DNA of 39,860 nucleotides from a virus (Duplodnaviria; Caudoviricetes): IMG/VR virus record IMGVR_UViG_3300012940_001457, positions 1-39,860 of that record, one strand, 5' to 3'. The position numbers and the translations under genes were made by a program. Shown here piece by piece: positions 8,339 through 17,183 of this stretch. Under the pieces are notes generated by a model that was not told the DNA's origin, searched no databases, and saw nothing but the letters and a program-made list of their open reading frames with translations. The first letter of the stretch is position 1; each line of letters starts with the position of its first letter.

Positions 8339-8682
8339 CAGCCGACCCTGAACGCCTTGTCGATCTTGCTGATCAGGATGACCGAAACGCCGTCCTCGTA
8401 GATAAACACGGCCCGTACCCCGATGATGACACCGGCCCGGCCGTCCAGCCAGGCGATGTCGCCGCGGCGGCCCCAAGCCCCAGGCACCGGGTTGCCGAAC
8501 CAACGCCGCAGAGTGGCGTAGCGGTTCGCACCTCGCTCCTTGGGCGGCCAATGGCCAGTGACGGCCCGCACTGCCTTGCGCACGAACATCAGGTCGTCGG
8601 GGTGCCCATCTGGACGGGCGCGTGTCTCCGCTGTCACCAACTCGTTGAGCCGACGCTGCCAGTTTTCATGCCGATCGGTCAT
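8338..8682 (-). CDS. Tail-associated NlpC/P60-like protein (gpK position), apparently lacking the catalytic Cys
   Basis: 114 aa; NWQRRL...FVRKAVRAVTG...RRGDIA...AGVIIG pattern; located between hub and tail tip genes. Confidence 0.65.
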   Translation of the reverse strand: MTDRHENWQRRLNELVTAETRARPDGHPDDLMFVRKAVRAVTGHWPPKERGANRYATLRRWFGNPVPGAWGRRGDIAWLDGRAGVIIGVRAVFIYEDGVSVILISKIDKAFRVG

Positions 8683-8693
8683 CAATAGCCGCC

Positions 8694-9356
8694 CTAATTG
8701 CCGTACGACCTGGCTATCGCCATGTAATATTGCTGCGTCGGTGTGAGTCCGACATTGGCCCTGACGTCGCTCGCCTCCAAGCCGCCCGGTTTGTTGGCGA
8801 GTTTCAGCAAGTAGGCCGAATAGGTATCGCCCGGCCACAAACGGGCGTGATTGATGATGCGGTAGGGCGTGCCCGTCGCCAGGCCATAGTCACGGCCTAA
8901 CGTCACCGCCACGCCGGCACCCTCGTCATCGCGCATCACGCGCACATTGGTGATGACACCCGTGAAGGCCCGCATCGGGTTGGCGATCACCGTTTTCAGG
9001 TCCGACGTATCCAGCAGGCCTTTCCACAGCCACGCCTTGCGGAGCCGCCACTGGCGGCGGTCCCGCACGATCTGGCGCAGCAGGTTCTGGTCCATGTCAT
9101 GTGCCGGAAAGGTCAGAAGCACACTGTCCTCGCCGCCCGGGTCCTCGCTGATCTCGCTGATGTCGGCCGGCGCCTCGTCGGAATCGTAGACGTTGCCATC
9201 CAGCGCTGCATCGCCGGTGCCGGACGGGGCGAACAGACCGGGGCCGGTCCAGAAGTAGACAGGGTCCGATGCGATATCGAGGCGGCCGATCGCCACGTCG
9301 CTGAGGACGCGATCCTGCAATGCGGTCTGCATCGCCGCCGAAAGATCACGGGCCAT
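8694..9356 (-). CDS. Minor tail / baseplate hub protein (gpL position)
   Basis: 220 aa; MARDLSAAM..., VYFWTGPG, HARLWPGD; synteny. Confidence 0.7.
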   Translation of the reverse strand: MARDLSAAMQTALQDRVLSDVAIGRLDIASDPVYFWTGPGLFAPSGTGDAALDGNVYDSDEAPADISEISEDPGGEDSVLLTFPAHDMDQNLLRQIVRDRRQWRLRKAWLWKGLLDTSDLKTVIANPMRAFTGVITNVRVMRDDEGAGVAVTLGRDYGLATGTPYRIINHARLWPGDTYSAYLLKLANKPGGLEASDVRANVGLTPTQQYYMAIARSYGN

Positions 9357-9955
9357 CAGTACGTCTCCACGAATTGTGCCGAAATGCCGAAGCGTCGCAG
9401 GTGATCGGTGCTGAACTCGTTTTCGGGGTTGACCAAGCGGAAGCGAGCGACCGGCACGTTGAGTTCCACCGCTGTGTTGTCGGGCGGTGAAAACCGGATC
9501 GGCTCGGTCAGATGGAACGTGACGTTGCCCGCCCCGTCCGACACGGCGTCCGCCGCCAGGCCATGCATCTCTGTCACGAAGCTCAGGTAATCGCCCTGCC
9601 GGGCCACCGTTGTGGACGGGGTGACATTGTCACAGGCGAGCATGATGCCACCCTGCCCCGCACCCTTGACTAGGGGGCCGCCGCCGACATAGCCCGTGGA
9701 TGGTCCGGAATAGGCGGGAGGGGCCAAGGTGCAGTAATTATTGAGATGGACGAGCTGATGAAGCACCGAGGACCAAAGCCTGGCATCGGCCTCCCATTTC
9801 AGGGGTGGCAGGGTAAAGCTGCGGGTCCAGCGGTAATATGGATAGACCAGCAGCTTTTCCGACATGTTCAGCATGGGCAGCGGCCGGTCGGCCGTCTGTT
9901 TGCCGATGGTCTGATTCCGCTTGCCCGGCGAGCCGGGGAGGACAATGAACGCCAT
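9356..9955 (-). CDS. Distal tail protein
   Basis: 199 aa directly after the tape measure gene; WTRSFTLPPL, GDYLSF, EPIRFSP. Confidence 0.7.
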   Translation of the reverse strand: MAFIVLPGSPGKRNQTIGKQTADRPLPMLNMSEKLLVYPYYRWTRSFTLPPLKWEADARLWSSVLHQLVHLNNYCTLAPPAYSGPSTGYVGGGPLVKGAGQGGIMLACDNVTPSTTVARQGDYLSFVTEMHGLAADAVSDGAGNVTFHLTEPIRFSPPDNTAVELNVPVARFRLVNPENEFSTDHLRRFGISAQFVETY

Positions 9956-11814
9956 TACGAATGCCTTGGGATGGCAGCCTTGCGCACCTGGGCGAGCGAC
10001 AGCGCCACGGCCTGCGGCACGATCTCCTGCTGGGCGATGACGCGCATGCGCTCCAGCGTCCCGGAATCAGCACCGGGGGCGGAGATGGTGACGTTGACGT
10101 TCGGCGCTCCGCCCATACCGGAAAGCGCACGGTTGGGGATGATGCGGCCCGGTACCTTCGGGATGAACAGTTCCGGCCCGCGCTCCCCGACGATCGAGGG
10201 CACGCCGACCGGGGGGAGGCCGCCATCGGCGAAACCAAGAAGCTTGCCCAGCCCGGGCAGCACGGAGCCGCCAGCGCCGCCGGTGAATTTGTTGAACAAG
10301 AAGTTCGACAGCTCGGATTCGGCCAGCCGCATCAGGATGTTCTTGAGGGCATCGCCCAAACTGTCGGCGTGCAGCACGGCGCGGGCGAGCCCGTCGGAGG
10401 TCGAACGCAGCCAGCTCTCATAGGCTGTCTTGTTCTTCTTAGCCACGTCCCCGAGTTCTTCCATGGACTTCTTGACGGGCTTCGGATCAGGGACAACGGG
10501 TGTCGAGGGTGCGCCGGCGCCGGTCGGAGAGCCGAACGCCCCCATGACGTCCTCGAATTTCTGTCGGATGATATTTGCCGCGTCGGTGCCTGTCTTCGCC
10601 GCATATTCGGTGACGGCGTCCACGGAATCCTTAACCACGCGGACCTCGCTCTGGGCGAAATCATCCAGCGCGGAGGAGAATCCCTCCAGCTTGTCGGATA
10701 TGCCTTCAAAACCGAAGAAATCCGCCAGCGCACCCAGCTTCTCATATAGCCAGGAATAGACGGCCGCCACCTTCTTCACGACGAAAGAGAGGGCTTGGTC
10801 GGCTGGTTCTCCAATGTATGTCCACCACATCTCGCCGATGGGTTTGAGAACGCGGACGATATCGTCATGAAAGGCCACGATCGCCGCCGTCAGACCGGCG
10901 ATGCCGGCGACGGCCAGGGCAATGGGCGACATGAGGGCCGCCAACCCTGACGCCATCAGACCAAACGCAACCAAGACCGGGCCCGCGGCGGCCGCAAGGC
11001 CCGCAATGACGATCCCCAAATCCTGCGTCGCGGGCGACAATTGGCCGAAAGCGGCGAGCGCCATCTGCGCCCATTCAACGAGCTGGTTGGCAATGGGCAG
11101 GAGGCGGCTGCCCAGAGACACCGACAATTCATCCCATCCGGCCTGCAGACGGCGAAGCTGGTTGGCGAAACTGCCGGAGGTACGGAGGACGTCGCCCTGG
11201 GCATCGGCCGTCGCCTCGAGGATGATCTGGGCGCGCGCCAGCACCTTCTGCTGGTCCGTCAGGGCGCCCGAGGTCTTGACCAGCCCCATCTCCAGGGCCT
11301 TCTGCGCGACTGCGGCCTCGTTGATGAACACGCCGAAGTCCCGCATCGGCTCCGCCTCACCCTGCAGGCCGGAACGCAGTTTGCGCAACGCATCCTCGCC
11401 GGACACGTTATAGAAACTCGACAGGTCCTGAGTGAGGGTCGCGAACTTCTTGGACAGGTCGGCCGCCATCTGTTCGGTCGGCGCGGCCTGCTTGAACAGC
11501 ATCTGGAAGGAGAGGGCACCCTGCTCGATCTCCTGTGTGGAGCGCCCCATGGCGTCGCCGGTCATCTCCGCCCATTTGGCCACGGAATCCGCCATGCCGC
11601 CGAATGTATACCGAAACGCTGATTCCATTTCCTGAGCATCGGACGCTGTCTTGATCATGCTGCCCGAGACCACACCCAGGGGCAGGGTGATCCCGAACGC
11701 CATGCGCTTGCCGATGTCCTGGAACTGCTGCCCGATCCTCCCCAGCCGCTGTGAGAACTCCCGCATATCCAGGCTGATCTTTACGGAAAGCTCTTCGATC
11801 ATTGTCCGCGCCAT
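9955..11814 (-). CDS. Tail tape measure protein
   Basis: 619 aa, Ala/Gly-rich helical; C-terminal FADGG...IVGERGPELFIP...IIPN motif. Confidence 0.92.
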   Translation of the reverse strand: MARTMIEELSVKISLDMREFSQRLGRIGQQFQDIGKRMAFGITLPLGVVSGSMIKTASDAQEMESAFRYTFGGMADSVAKWAEMTGDAMGRSTQEIEQGALSFQMLFKQAAPTEQMAADLSKKFATLTQDLSSFYNVSGEDALRKLRSGLQGEAEPMRDFGVFINEAAVAQKALEMGLVKTSGALTDQQKVLARAQIILEATADAQGDVLRTSGSFANQLRRLQAGWDELSVSLGSRLLPIANQLVEWAQMALAAFGQLSPATQDLGIVIAGLAAAAGPVLVAFGLMASGLAALMSPIALAVAGIAGLTAAIVAFHDDIVRVLKPIGEMWWTYIGEPADQALSFVVKKVAAVYSWLYEKLGALADFFGFEGISDKLEGFSSALDDFAQSEVRVVKDSVDAVTEYAAKTGTDAANIIRQKFEDVMGAFGSPTGAGAPSTPVVPDPKPVKKSMEELGDVAKKNKTAYESWLRSTSDGLARAVLHADSLGDALKNILMRLAESELSNFLFNKFTGGAGGSVLPGLGKLLGFADGGLPPVGVPSIVGERGPELFIPKVPGRIIPNRALSGMGGAPNVNVTISAPGADSGTLERMRVIAQQEIVPQAVALSLAQVRKAAIPRHS

Positions 11815-12026
11815 CAGTCGGGATACCTTTCCATCAACGCATCCAGTTCGTCCATCGTCATCGGTTCGGCATCAGCACCGCCGTATTTCTCGGTGAGGCC
11901 GGCGATCGCGGCCAGCCACCCCTTGAGCGAGAAGGCGTAGAACTCGCGCTCAGTGAAGCCCAAATGGCCGTGGGCTATTTCCTGCCAGCGGCGCCACGGG
12001 ATTTCCGAGGCGCCTTCGGAGGGTTT
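11814..12026 (-). CDS. Tail assembly chaperone C-terminal extension (gpGT-like) reached by -1 frameshift
   Basis: The -1 frame encodes ...EIPWRRWQEIAHGHLGFTEREFYAFSLKGW...ELDALMERYPD* with no ATG near its 5' end; slippery A-AAC-CCT at 12020-12026. Confidence 0.75.
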   Translation of the reverse strand, partial: KPSEGASEIPWRRWQEIAHGHLGFTEREFYAFSLKGWLAAIAGLTEKYGGADAEPMTMDELDALMERYPD

Positions 12027-12331
12027 GCGGCTTCGTCGTCACCTCCCAGCGCCTTCTGCACCGCCGCGGCGACTTCGTTCAGCGTCTCCTGGGTCACCTC
12101 CAGGCGTTTCACTTCGGCGAGTGTGATATCCGCGCCGCCGCCATTGAGGAGCGCCCACAGCATGACGAGCAGATCGCCGACCCGCGGCGACGCCATGCGC
12201 CTCGACAGCTCGGTCATGTCGTCGATGTCGTAGTGATCCTGGATGTCCGCCAGCGCGCCCACCGTCATGCAGAGCGTGTATTCCTCACCGTCGATGGTGA
12301 CGGTGCTCTCCCCCCGTGCCCAGCGCGCCAT
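11975..12331 (-). CDS. Tail assembly chaperone (gpG-like, GTA-gp10-type)
   Basis: 118 aa; RGESTVTIDGEEYTLCMTVGALADI; follows the tail tube gene. Confidence 0.8.
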   Translation of the reverse strand: MARWARGESTVTIDGEEYTLCMTVGALADIQDHYDIDDMTELSRRMASPRVGDLLVMLWALLNGGGADITLAEVKRLEVTQETLNEVAAAVQKALGGDDEAANPPKAPRKSRGAAGRK

Positions 12332-12332
12332 A

Positions 12333-12755
12333 TCAGGCCGCCGGCGTGAAGGTGACGGGGCCGGCGCTCTCCATCGACGTCGACCACTGGACGGCGCCGT
12401 TATGCTCGCCGCTGAAGTCCAGCTGCGTCAGCTCGAAGGGACCCTCGAATGTGCCCAAGCCAGGCACGATGACCTGGTAGTTGGTGAACTCCTCATCGTC
12501 CATGTAATCGGCCAGCACGTCCTTTATCGGCTGCCCCATCTTGGCGATGCCGGAGCCCGAAATCGAAATGGAGCGCACCCCGGCGCCGGCCAGGAGTTCC
12601 CGCCAGCGGTCCGTGGAATCGTCATTGGTGATATCGACGGTTTCCCGGTTCAGCGACAGCGACGCGCTGCGAATGCCGCCGATGGTCGCGAAACCCTCGG
12701 TAGGCGTGACGCCGTCACCGATCTTGATGAGAAGATCCTTGCCCTTCTGTGCCAT
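12333..12755 (-). CDS. Major tail tube protein (TP901-1/GTA type)
   Basis: MAQKGKDLLIKIGDG...IGGIRS...ETVDIT...WRELLAGAGVRS...SGSG...GPF...SAGPVTF. Confidence 0.93.
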   Translation of the reverse strand: MAQKGKDLLIKIGDGVTPTEGFATIGGIRSASLSLNRETVDITNDDSTDRWRELLAGAGVRSISISGSGIAKMGQPIKDVLADYMDDEEFTNYQVIVPGLGTFEGPFELTQLDFSGEHNGAVQWSTSMESAGPVTFTPAA

Positions 12756-12790
12756 AATGAGTTCCTTTCAGTTGTGGATTGCACCGCCGC

Positions 12791-12994
12791 TCAATCGCCG
12801 GCGGGGGCGGCGTCGCTGGCCAGCGTATCCGCCGTGATTTCCGTCGCCGCGGCCGCCCGGATGAGGGCCGCCGCCCTGTCGCGCGAGACGCCCATATATC
12901 TGCCGGGCCAGACGGAGAGGGTCCGGCCATCCTTGTACGGCACGGCCGGATCACGTCTGGTCACCTCGATATCCATGGTCTGGGTCTCCGACAT
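12791..12994 (-). CDS. Small hypothetical protein in the tail gene block
   Basis: 67 aa; fills the gap between tail completion and tail tube genes; RBS GAGGAG. Confidence 0.55.
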   Translation of the reverse strand: MSETQTMDIEVTRRDPAVPYKDGRTLSVWPGRYMGVSRDRAAALIRAAAATEITADTLASDAAPAGD

Positions 12995-13006
12995 GGGACC
13001 TGCTCC

Positions 13007-13441
13007 TCAGAGTGCGGTTTCGGGATCGTCTTCGGCCGTGCGGTATTCGGCCTCGTAGGTGAGGATGAAGAAGGCGAACTCGTAGGCGCCATCTTCGGGG
13101 AATTCCTGCCGCGCGCCCTTGTATTCCGGATTGCGGAACAACACGCCGAACTGGGACTGCATGCGGCGCTCGATCTCGACCGCGATATCATCCGCCTGGT
13201 CCTGCCCGTCCTTGGCCTGCTTGCGGACCATGATGGCGATTTCGATGGTGACGGTGCGGAACACCACGCCGTCGTCATCCTCCAGTTCCGCCTCCTCGCC
13301 CGGCGTACGGATATTGAGAAACGGCAATTCGGTCTCGTTGACCGACCGCCCCAGGTTGCAGGCGACGTTAGGGCCAACACCCGGAATGCCGGTCAATGCC
13401 GCCTTCACGGCCGCCCGCAACTGTGTCCGGACATGCGCCAT
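13007..13441 (-). CDS. Tail completion / terminator protein
   Basis: 144 aa from MAHVRTQLRAAVKAAL (TGATG coupling); ELPFLNI; C-terminal YRTAEDDP. Confidence 0.78.
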   Translation of the reverse strand: MAHVRTQLRAAVKAALTGIPGVGPNVACNLGRSVNETELPFLNIRTPGEEAELEDDDGVVFRTVTIEIAIMVRKQAKDGQDQADDIAVEIERRMQSQFGVLFRNPEYKGARQEFPEDGAYEFAFFILTYEAEYRTAEDDPETAL

Positions 13442-13845
13442 CAGCTCTGCCCCACCTGGATGAGCACGGTCAGGGCCAGTTGGCGGGGCGCATCGGAGGT
13501 CTCGACGATGACCTCGACACCGCACCTCGTCCCGTAACCATCCCAGGCGGGATCACCCTGCCTGGTCTCATCGACCCGGGTCCAAAACCGCAGGCGGGTC
13601 GATCCGCTGCCGAGGAATGGCGCCGGATCGGACATCACCTCAAAGCCCAGCGACGCCGCCTCTGCGGTCGGCGTGCAGGCCACAATGTTCGTGATAGTCT
13701 CCCCTTCGGCCAGCGCCGGCGGCAATCCCGTCTCGCTCTCCAGCGCCTGGAAATCCACTTCCCACAATTCGACCTCCGACGGGTCCATGACGGTGGGATT
13801 GCCGTGTTCATCCGTGAACAGGTAGGAGTAGCGGGGATTTGTCAT
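13441..13845 (-). CDS. Putative fibre-tail adaptor (Ig-like)
   Basis: 134 aa; MDPSEVELWEVDF resembles the KDPxExxDYxxDW adaptor motif; occupies the slot where lambda has gpZ. Confidence 0.5.
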   Translation of the reverse strand: MTNPRYSYLFTDEHGNPTVMDPSEVELWEVDFQALESETGLPPALAEGETITNIVACTPTAEAASLGFEVMSDPAPFLGSGSTRLRFWTRVDETRQGDPAWDGYGTRCGVEVIVETSDAPRQLALTVLIQVGQS

Positions 13846-14183
13846 GGGGCTTCACCCACCATCTTGAGCGCCAGCAGCCAGGCGCCACTATCGTCCGGCC
13901 GGACCTCGAAGACTTCATATTCATCCGTGCCGGCCCGGATGCGGTGACCATGTGCCGGCTTGACACCGGACAGGTCCGCGCCCCGGACAATGATTTGCGG
14001 GAAGGTCGAAATAACGGTGCCGTCGCCGTTCACATCGACGGATTCGTCGGTGAACACGCCACGCAAAGTCTCTCCATCGGCACCAGTCTTGATGAGAACC
14101 GTGCCGGTGTCATAGACGATGGCCAGGCCGAGTTTTTCGTTCAGCGCCAGATTGACGCGGTCAAAGATCTCGGCCTGGCCCAT
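13842..14183 (-). CDS. Head-tail joining protein (gpFII-like)
   Basis: 113 aa; C-terminal YEVFEVRPDDSGAWLLAL; follows the major capsid gene. Confidence 0.78.
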   Translation of the reverse strand: MGQAEIFDRVNLALNEKLGLAIVYDTGTVLIKTGADGETLRGVFTDESVDVNGDGTVISTFPQIIVRGADLSGVKPAHGHRIRAGTDEYEVFEVRPDDSGAWLLALKMVGEAP

Positions 14184-14204
14184 GGTCGGTCAGCCCGGAA
14201 GGGC

Positions 14205-15242
14205 TCAGGTGCGCTTGGCGCGCTGCAGCGACAGGGGCCGCGTGCAGAGCATCAAGGGGTAGGAGTAGAGTTCGATTTTGGCCCACATGTTGCGGTCCCT
14301 GTCGGGCACGATCATCGAATAGACTTCCTGTCCCAGCGTATTCACGAAGTCGAACGTCTCCGCCGGCGCCATCACATGCTGGAAAAGCCCGGGTACGCCC
14401 GCCGCGAAGAACCGGCACTTGTCGGTGCCGATCGCGATGGTCGATCCGTCATCGGTGCCGCGATAGTTCACGAAGCGGATGCCACCATACATGAACTGCT
14501 GGAAGGCCACGGCTTCGCGTAGCGAGGCCGCCGCCTCGTAGTTCAGGAAGGTCTCCCGCACCTCCGGATGCGCCGTCAGATCGTCCCAGAACGCATCGCC
14601 GCAGAGGCCGATGATCTGCATGCCGGGCAGCGCCAGGCTGCCCAGCTCGCGCTGAACGGCGCGGACAACCTGCGTGCACTTCTTGCGAACCGCGCCGGAG
14701 ACCGGCGACGCATTGTCCAGGTCGAAATCGATCTCCGGCGCCTGGGCAACACCGAACTCGGTGAAGTAGTCGTAGATGGTGGAGCCATCGGAATCCAGCA
14801 GCAGACCCTGGATGGCACCGAGGCGGTGATACTCCATGGTGGCTTCCAGATCCTGGCGTAGCCGCATCTGGCGCCGGGCCACTTCGGTCTGCACTTGGAT
14901 CAGTTCGGATTCCTCGCCGAACGCCCGGATATTCTGGAGTTCATCCGCCGTCACGCGGTCGGAGGGCGCCAGGCGCACCGTATTGAAGTTGCGGACGTTG
15001 CGCCGATCCTTGGCCTTCTCCTCGGGCGCGGAGCCGCGTTCCGACGTCTTGACCAGGGCCAGCGTATTGTCCCGGCGCTCCACCATGACGGTGGTGGTTC
15101 GGATCGGCTCCGGTTCGAAGAGCGGACGACCGGCCACGCTGAGCGAGCCCAGGAACTGGGGGACGTACTCGAACTTCTCGACCGCCCGCGTCAGCGAGAT
15201 CGCCGAGAAGGCGTCCTGATTGAAGATATCAAGAGTAGCCAT
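14205..15242 (-). CDS. Major capsid protein (lambda gpE family)
   Basis: 345 aa; FSAISLT, EATMEYHRLGAIQG, APAETFDFVNTLG, SYPLMLCTRP. Confidence 0.95.
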   Translation of the reverse strand: MATLDIFNQDAFSAISLTRAVEKFEYVPQFLGSLSVAGRPLFEPEPIRTTTVMVERRDNTLALVKTSERGSAPEEKAKDRRNVRNFNTVRLAPSDRVTADELQNIRAFGEESELIQVQTEVARRQMRLRQDLEATMEYHRLGAIQGLLLDSDGSTIYDYFTEFGVAQAPEIDFDLDNASPVSGAVRKKCTQVVRAVQRELGSLALPGMQIIGLCGDAFWDDLTAHPEVRETFLNYEAAASLREAVAFQQFMYGGIRFVNYRGTDDGSTIAIGTDKCRFFAAGVPGLFQHVMAPAETFDFVNTLGQEVYSMIVPDRDRNMWAKIELYSYPLMLCTRPLSLQRAKRT

Positions 15243-15267
15243 TGCGATATTCTCCTTGCGTTGGCGG

Positions 15268-15633
15268 TTAGCGGATGATGATGCCCAGCGCGGCCAGTTC
15301 GCCTTCGGCGGCCGTCTGCTCGGCGGGATCGATGTCGTCCGGCCAGATCAGATCAGAGCCGCGCACCTCGGCATCTCGGACGACAGCGACCGCCTCCGCG
15401 TCGGCGGACGCGGCCAGAGCATCCCCATAGAGGATTCCAGCGGCATTCTCGGAGCCGTCGGCGCCGTCCTGGTTGAACTGGACGTATTTGCCGGAGGCCG
15501 TCACCTTGCCGAGCACCGTGCACGGCTTGAGGTCAGCACCCGTGGCGATGGTGACGGTTTCCCGCGACCGGTGGCCGTTGGCCTCGGACACGATGAACTC
15601 GCCGGGATGCGAAGTTTCGGTAAGCGTGGTCAT
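15268..15633 (-). CDS. Head decoration protein (gpD-like)
   Basis: 121 aa; FIVSEANGHRSRE, DGSENAAGIL, LAALGIIIR. Confidence 0.92.
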   Translation of the reverse strand: MTTLTETSHPGEFIVSEANGHRSRETVTIATGADLKPCTVLGKVTASGKYVQFNQDGADGSENAAGILYGDALAASADAEAVAVVRDAEVRGSDLIWPDDIDPAEQTAAEGELAALGIIIR

Positions 15634-15660
15634 GATGTTGCTCCTTTCAATCGCTCGCCG

Positions 15661-16239
15661 TTATTTCCGCCGACGGTTCAATTTCGCGGCGATGTTGTCC
15701 CAGCCGTAGTTGCCGGCGGCCGGGGTGGTTTCGGCATCGCTGCCGATCTTCGGACCCTTGGACCCGTTCATGGCGGCCAGGAAGTCATTACCCTTCTTGC
15801 CAGCCTTGTCTTTGGGCGTGGTTTCCAGCACGGCCACGATGGCCTTGGAGGACAGACCGGTGCCGGTGAGGAGCTGGACCGCCGTGGCCTCGCGGCCCTT
15901 GGCGGCGGCGTGACGCATCACGCGGGCGACGCGCCGGCGTTCCCGGCCCCGGGCCTGACGCGCGGCAGCGGACTTCTCGCTGTCATCGCCATCTTCGGCG
16001 GCTTCCATGTCCTCTTCTTCTTCGGCCGCCTCCTCGTCACCGTCATCGGCGGCGTCTTCAGCGGCGGCACCTTCGGCGGCGGGGTCCATGTCCTCTTCCT
16101 CTTCGGCCTCCTCTTCGGCGGCCTCCGCGGCTTCGGCATTCTCAGCCTCGGCCTGCGCCTGCTTCCTCGCGTCCTGCTGGGCGCGAGCAGCATCCTTCCG
16201 GGCGCTCGCGCGCCGGGTCACTTCCGCGAGTGCGGGCAT
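15661..16239 (-). CDS. Putative capsid scaffolding protein (Nu3-like)
   Basis: 192 aa with a long acidic Ala/Glu/Asp tract then ERRRVARV; lies between protease and decoration genes. Confidence 0.7.
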   Translation of the reverse strand: MPALAEVTRRASARKDAARAQQDARKQAQAEAENAEAAEAAEEEAEEEEDMDPAAEGAAAEDAADDGDEEAAEEEEDMEAAEDGDDSEKSAAARQARGRERRRVARVMRHAAAKGREATAVQLLTGTGLSSKAIVAVLETTPKDKAGKKGNDFLAAMNGSKGPKIGSDAETTPAAGNYGWDNIAAKLNRRRK

Positions 16240-16268
16240 GTGTCGTCTCCTTTAGGTGAATGGTGGCG

Positions 16269-17183
16269 CTATCGTCCCAGCGCCGATTGAAGTTCGGTCC
16301 ACGCCTCCATGGGAGACATGACCGCGTCCGCCAGTCCGGCGTCCAGCGCGGTCCGGCGTCCGTTCCGGCTGCCACCGGGATAGCAGCGTGCCTCGGTGGC
16401 CAGTACGTCTTCGAGCTTGAGCCCCCGGTTCTGGGCAACCGCGCCCGCGAACATCAGTCTGATGTCCTCGACCTCTTCCTGCAGACTGTCCCGAACGTCC
16501 TTGGGCAGATGCTCGTAGGGGTTGCCGTCCACCTTGTGGCTGCCGGCATGGATCAGGCTGACCTTGATCCCTGCTTCGTCCAGCGCGTCCTGCCAATCGA
16601 CATGCATTACAAGCACACCGATGGAGCCGACGCCGCCCGTCTCGGGCAGGATGATGCGGTCACACGCGGAGGCCAGCCAGTAGGCGGCCGAATAGGCCAC
16701 CTCCGAGAGGATCGCCCACACCGGCTTGTCGCCTCCGCCCCGCTGCGACACCGCAAAGATCATGTCCGCCAGATCCTGGCACCCCGCCACCTCGCCGCCG
16801 CAGGAATCGATTTCCAGCACGATGGCCTCGACGTCCGGGTCCTCGTTGGCCTCCAGCAGCTTGACCATGATGCCGTCATAGCCGGTCAGCCCCGAATAGG
16901 GATGCAGACCCCACTTGTTGACCAGGATGCCCTCGATCGGAATGACAGCCACCCCGTCGCTGACCGTATACGGCTTGTAGCGGGCTGGATCGTCCTCAAG
17001 CGCGGCCATCTTCTCACCCGACAGCGCCTCGGCGTCCAACGCCACCTGACGGCCGTCCCGAACCGTGCTCAACTGGACGATGCCCAGACGGTCTGCCAGC
17101 GCCGCGACCACGATATCGGCCTTGCGCGGCTCGAGGAGCAAGGGCCGGTTGAACATTTGCTGGGCAACATGGGCGAATTTCAT
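16269..17183 (-). CDS. Prohead protease, S49 family (gpC-like)
   Basis: IDSCGGEVAG, AYSAAYWLAS, GGVGSIGV, HKVDGNPYE. Confidence 0.95.
   Translation of the reverse strand: MKFAHVAQQMFNRPLLLEPRKADIVVAALADRLGIVQLSTVRDGRQVALDAEALSGEKMAALEDDPARYKPYTVSDGVAVIPIEGILVNKWGLHPYSGLTGYDGIMVKLLEANEDPDVEAIVLEIDSCGGEVAGCQDLADMIFAVSQRGGGDKPVWAILSEVAYSAAYWLASACDRIILPETGGVGSIGVLVMHVDWQDALDEAGIKVSLIHAGSHKVDGNPYEHLPKDVRDSLQEEVEDIRLMFAGAVAQNRGLKLEDVLATEARCYPGGSRNGRRTALDAGLADAVMSPMEAWTELQSALGR

Noticed and set aside
9356-12755. Gene transfer agent cluster
   Set aside because: Only the tail genes are GTA-like; cI/cro, replication genes, a cos-type terminase and a lambda-type head indicate a true temperate phage.
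15960-16170. Low-complexity repeats as a non-coding element
   Set aside because: Explained by the acidic Ala/Glu tract of the scaffold protein.
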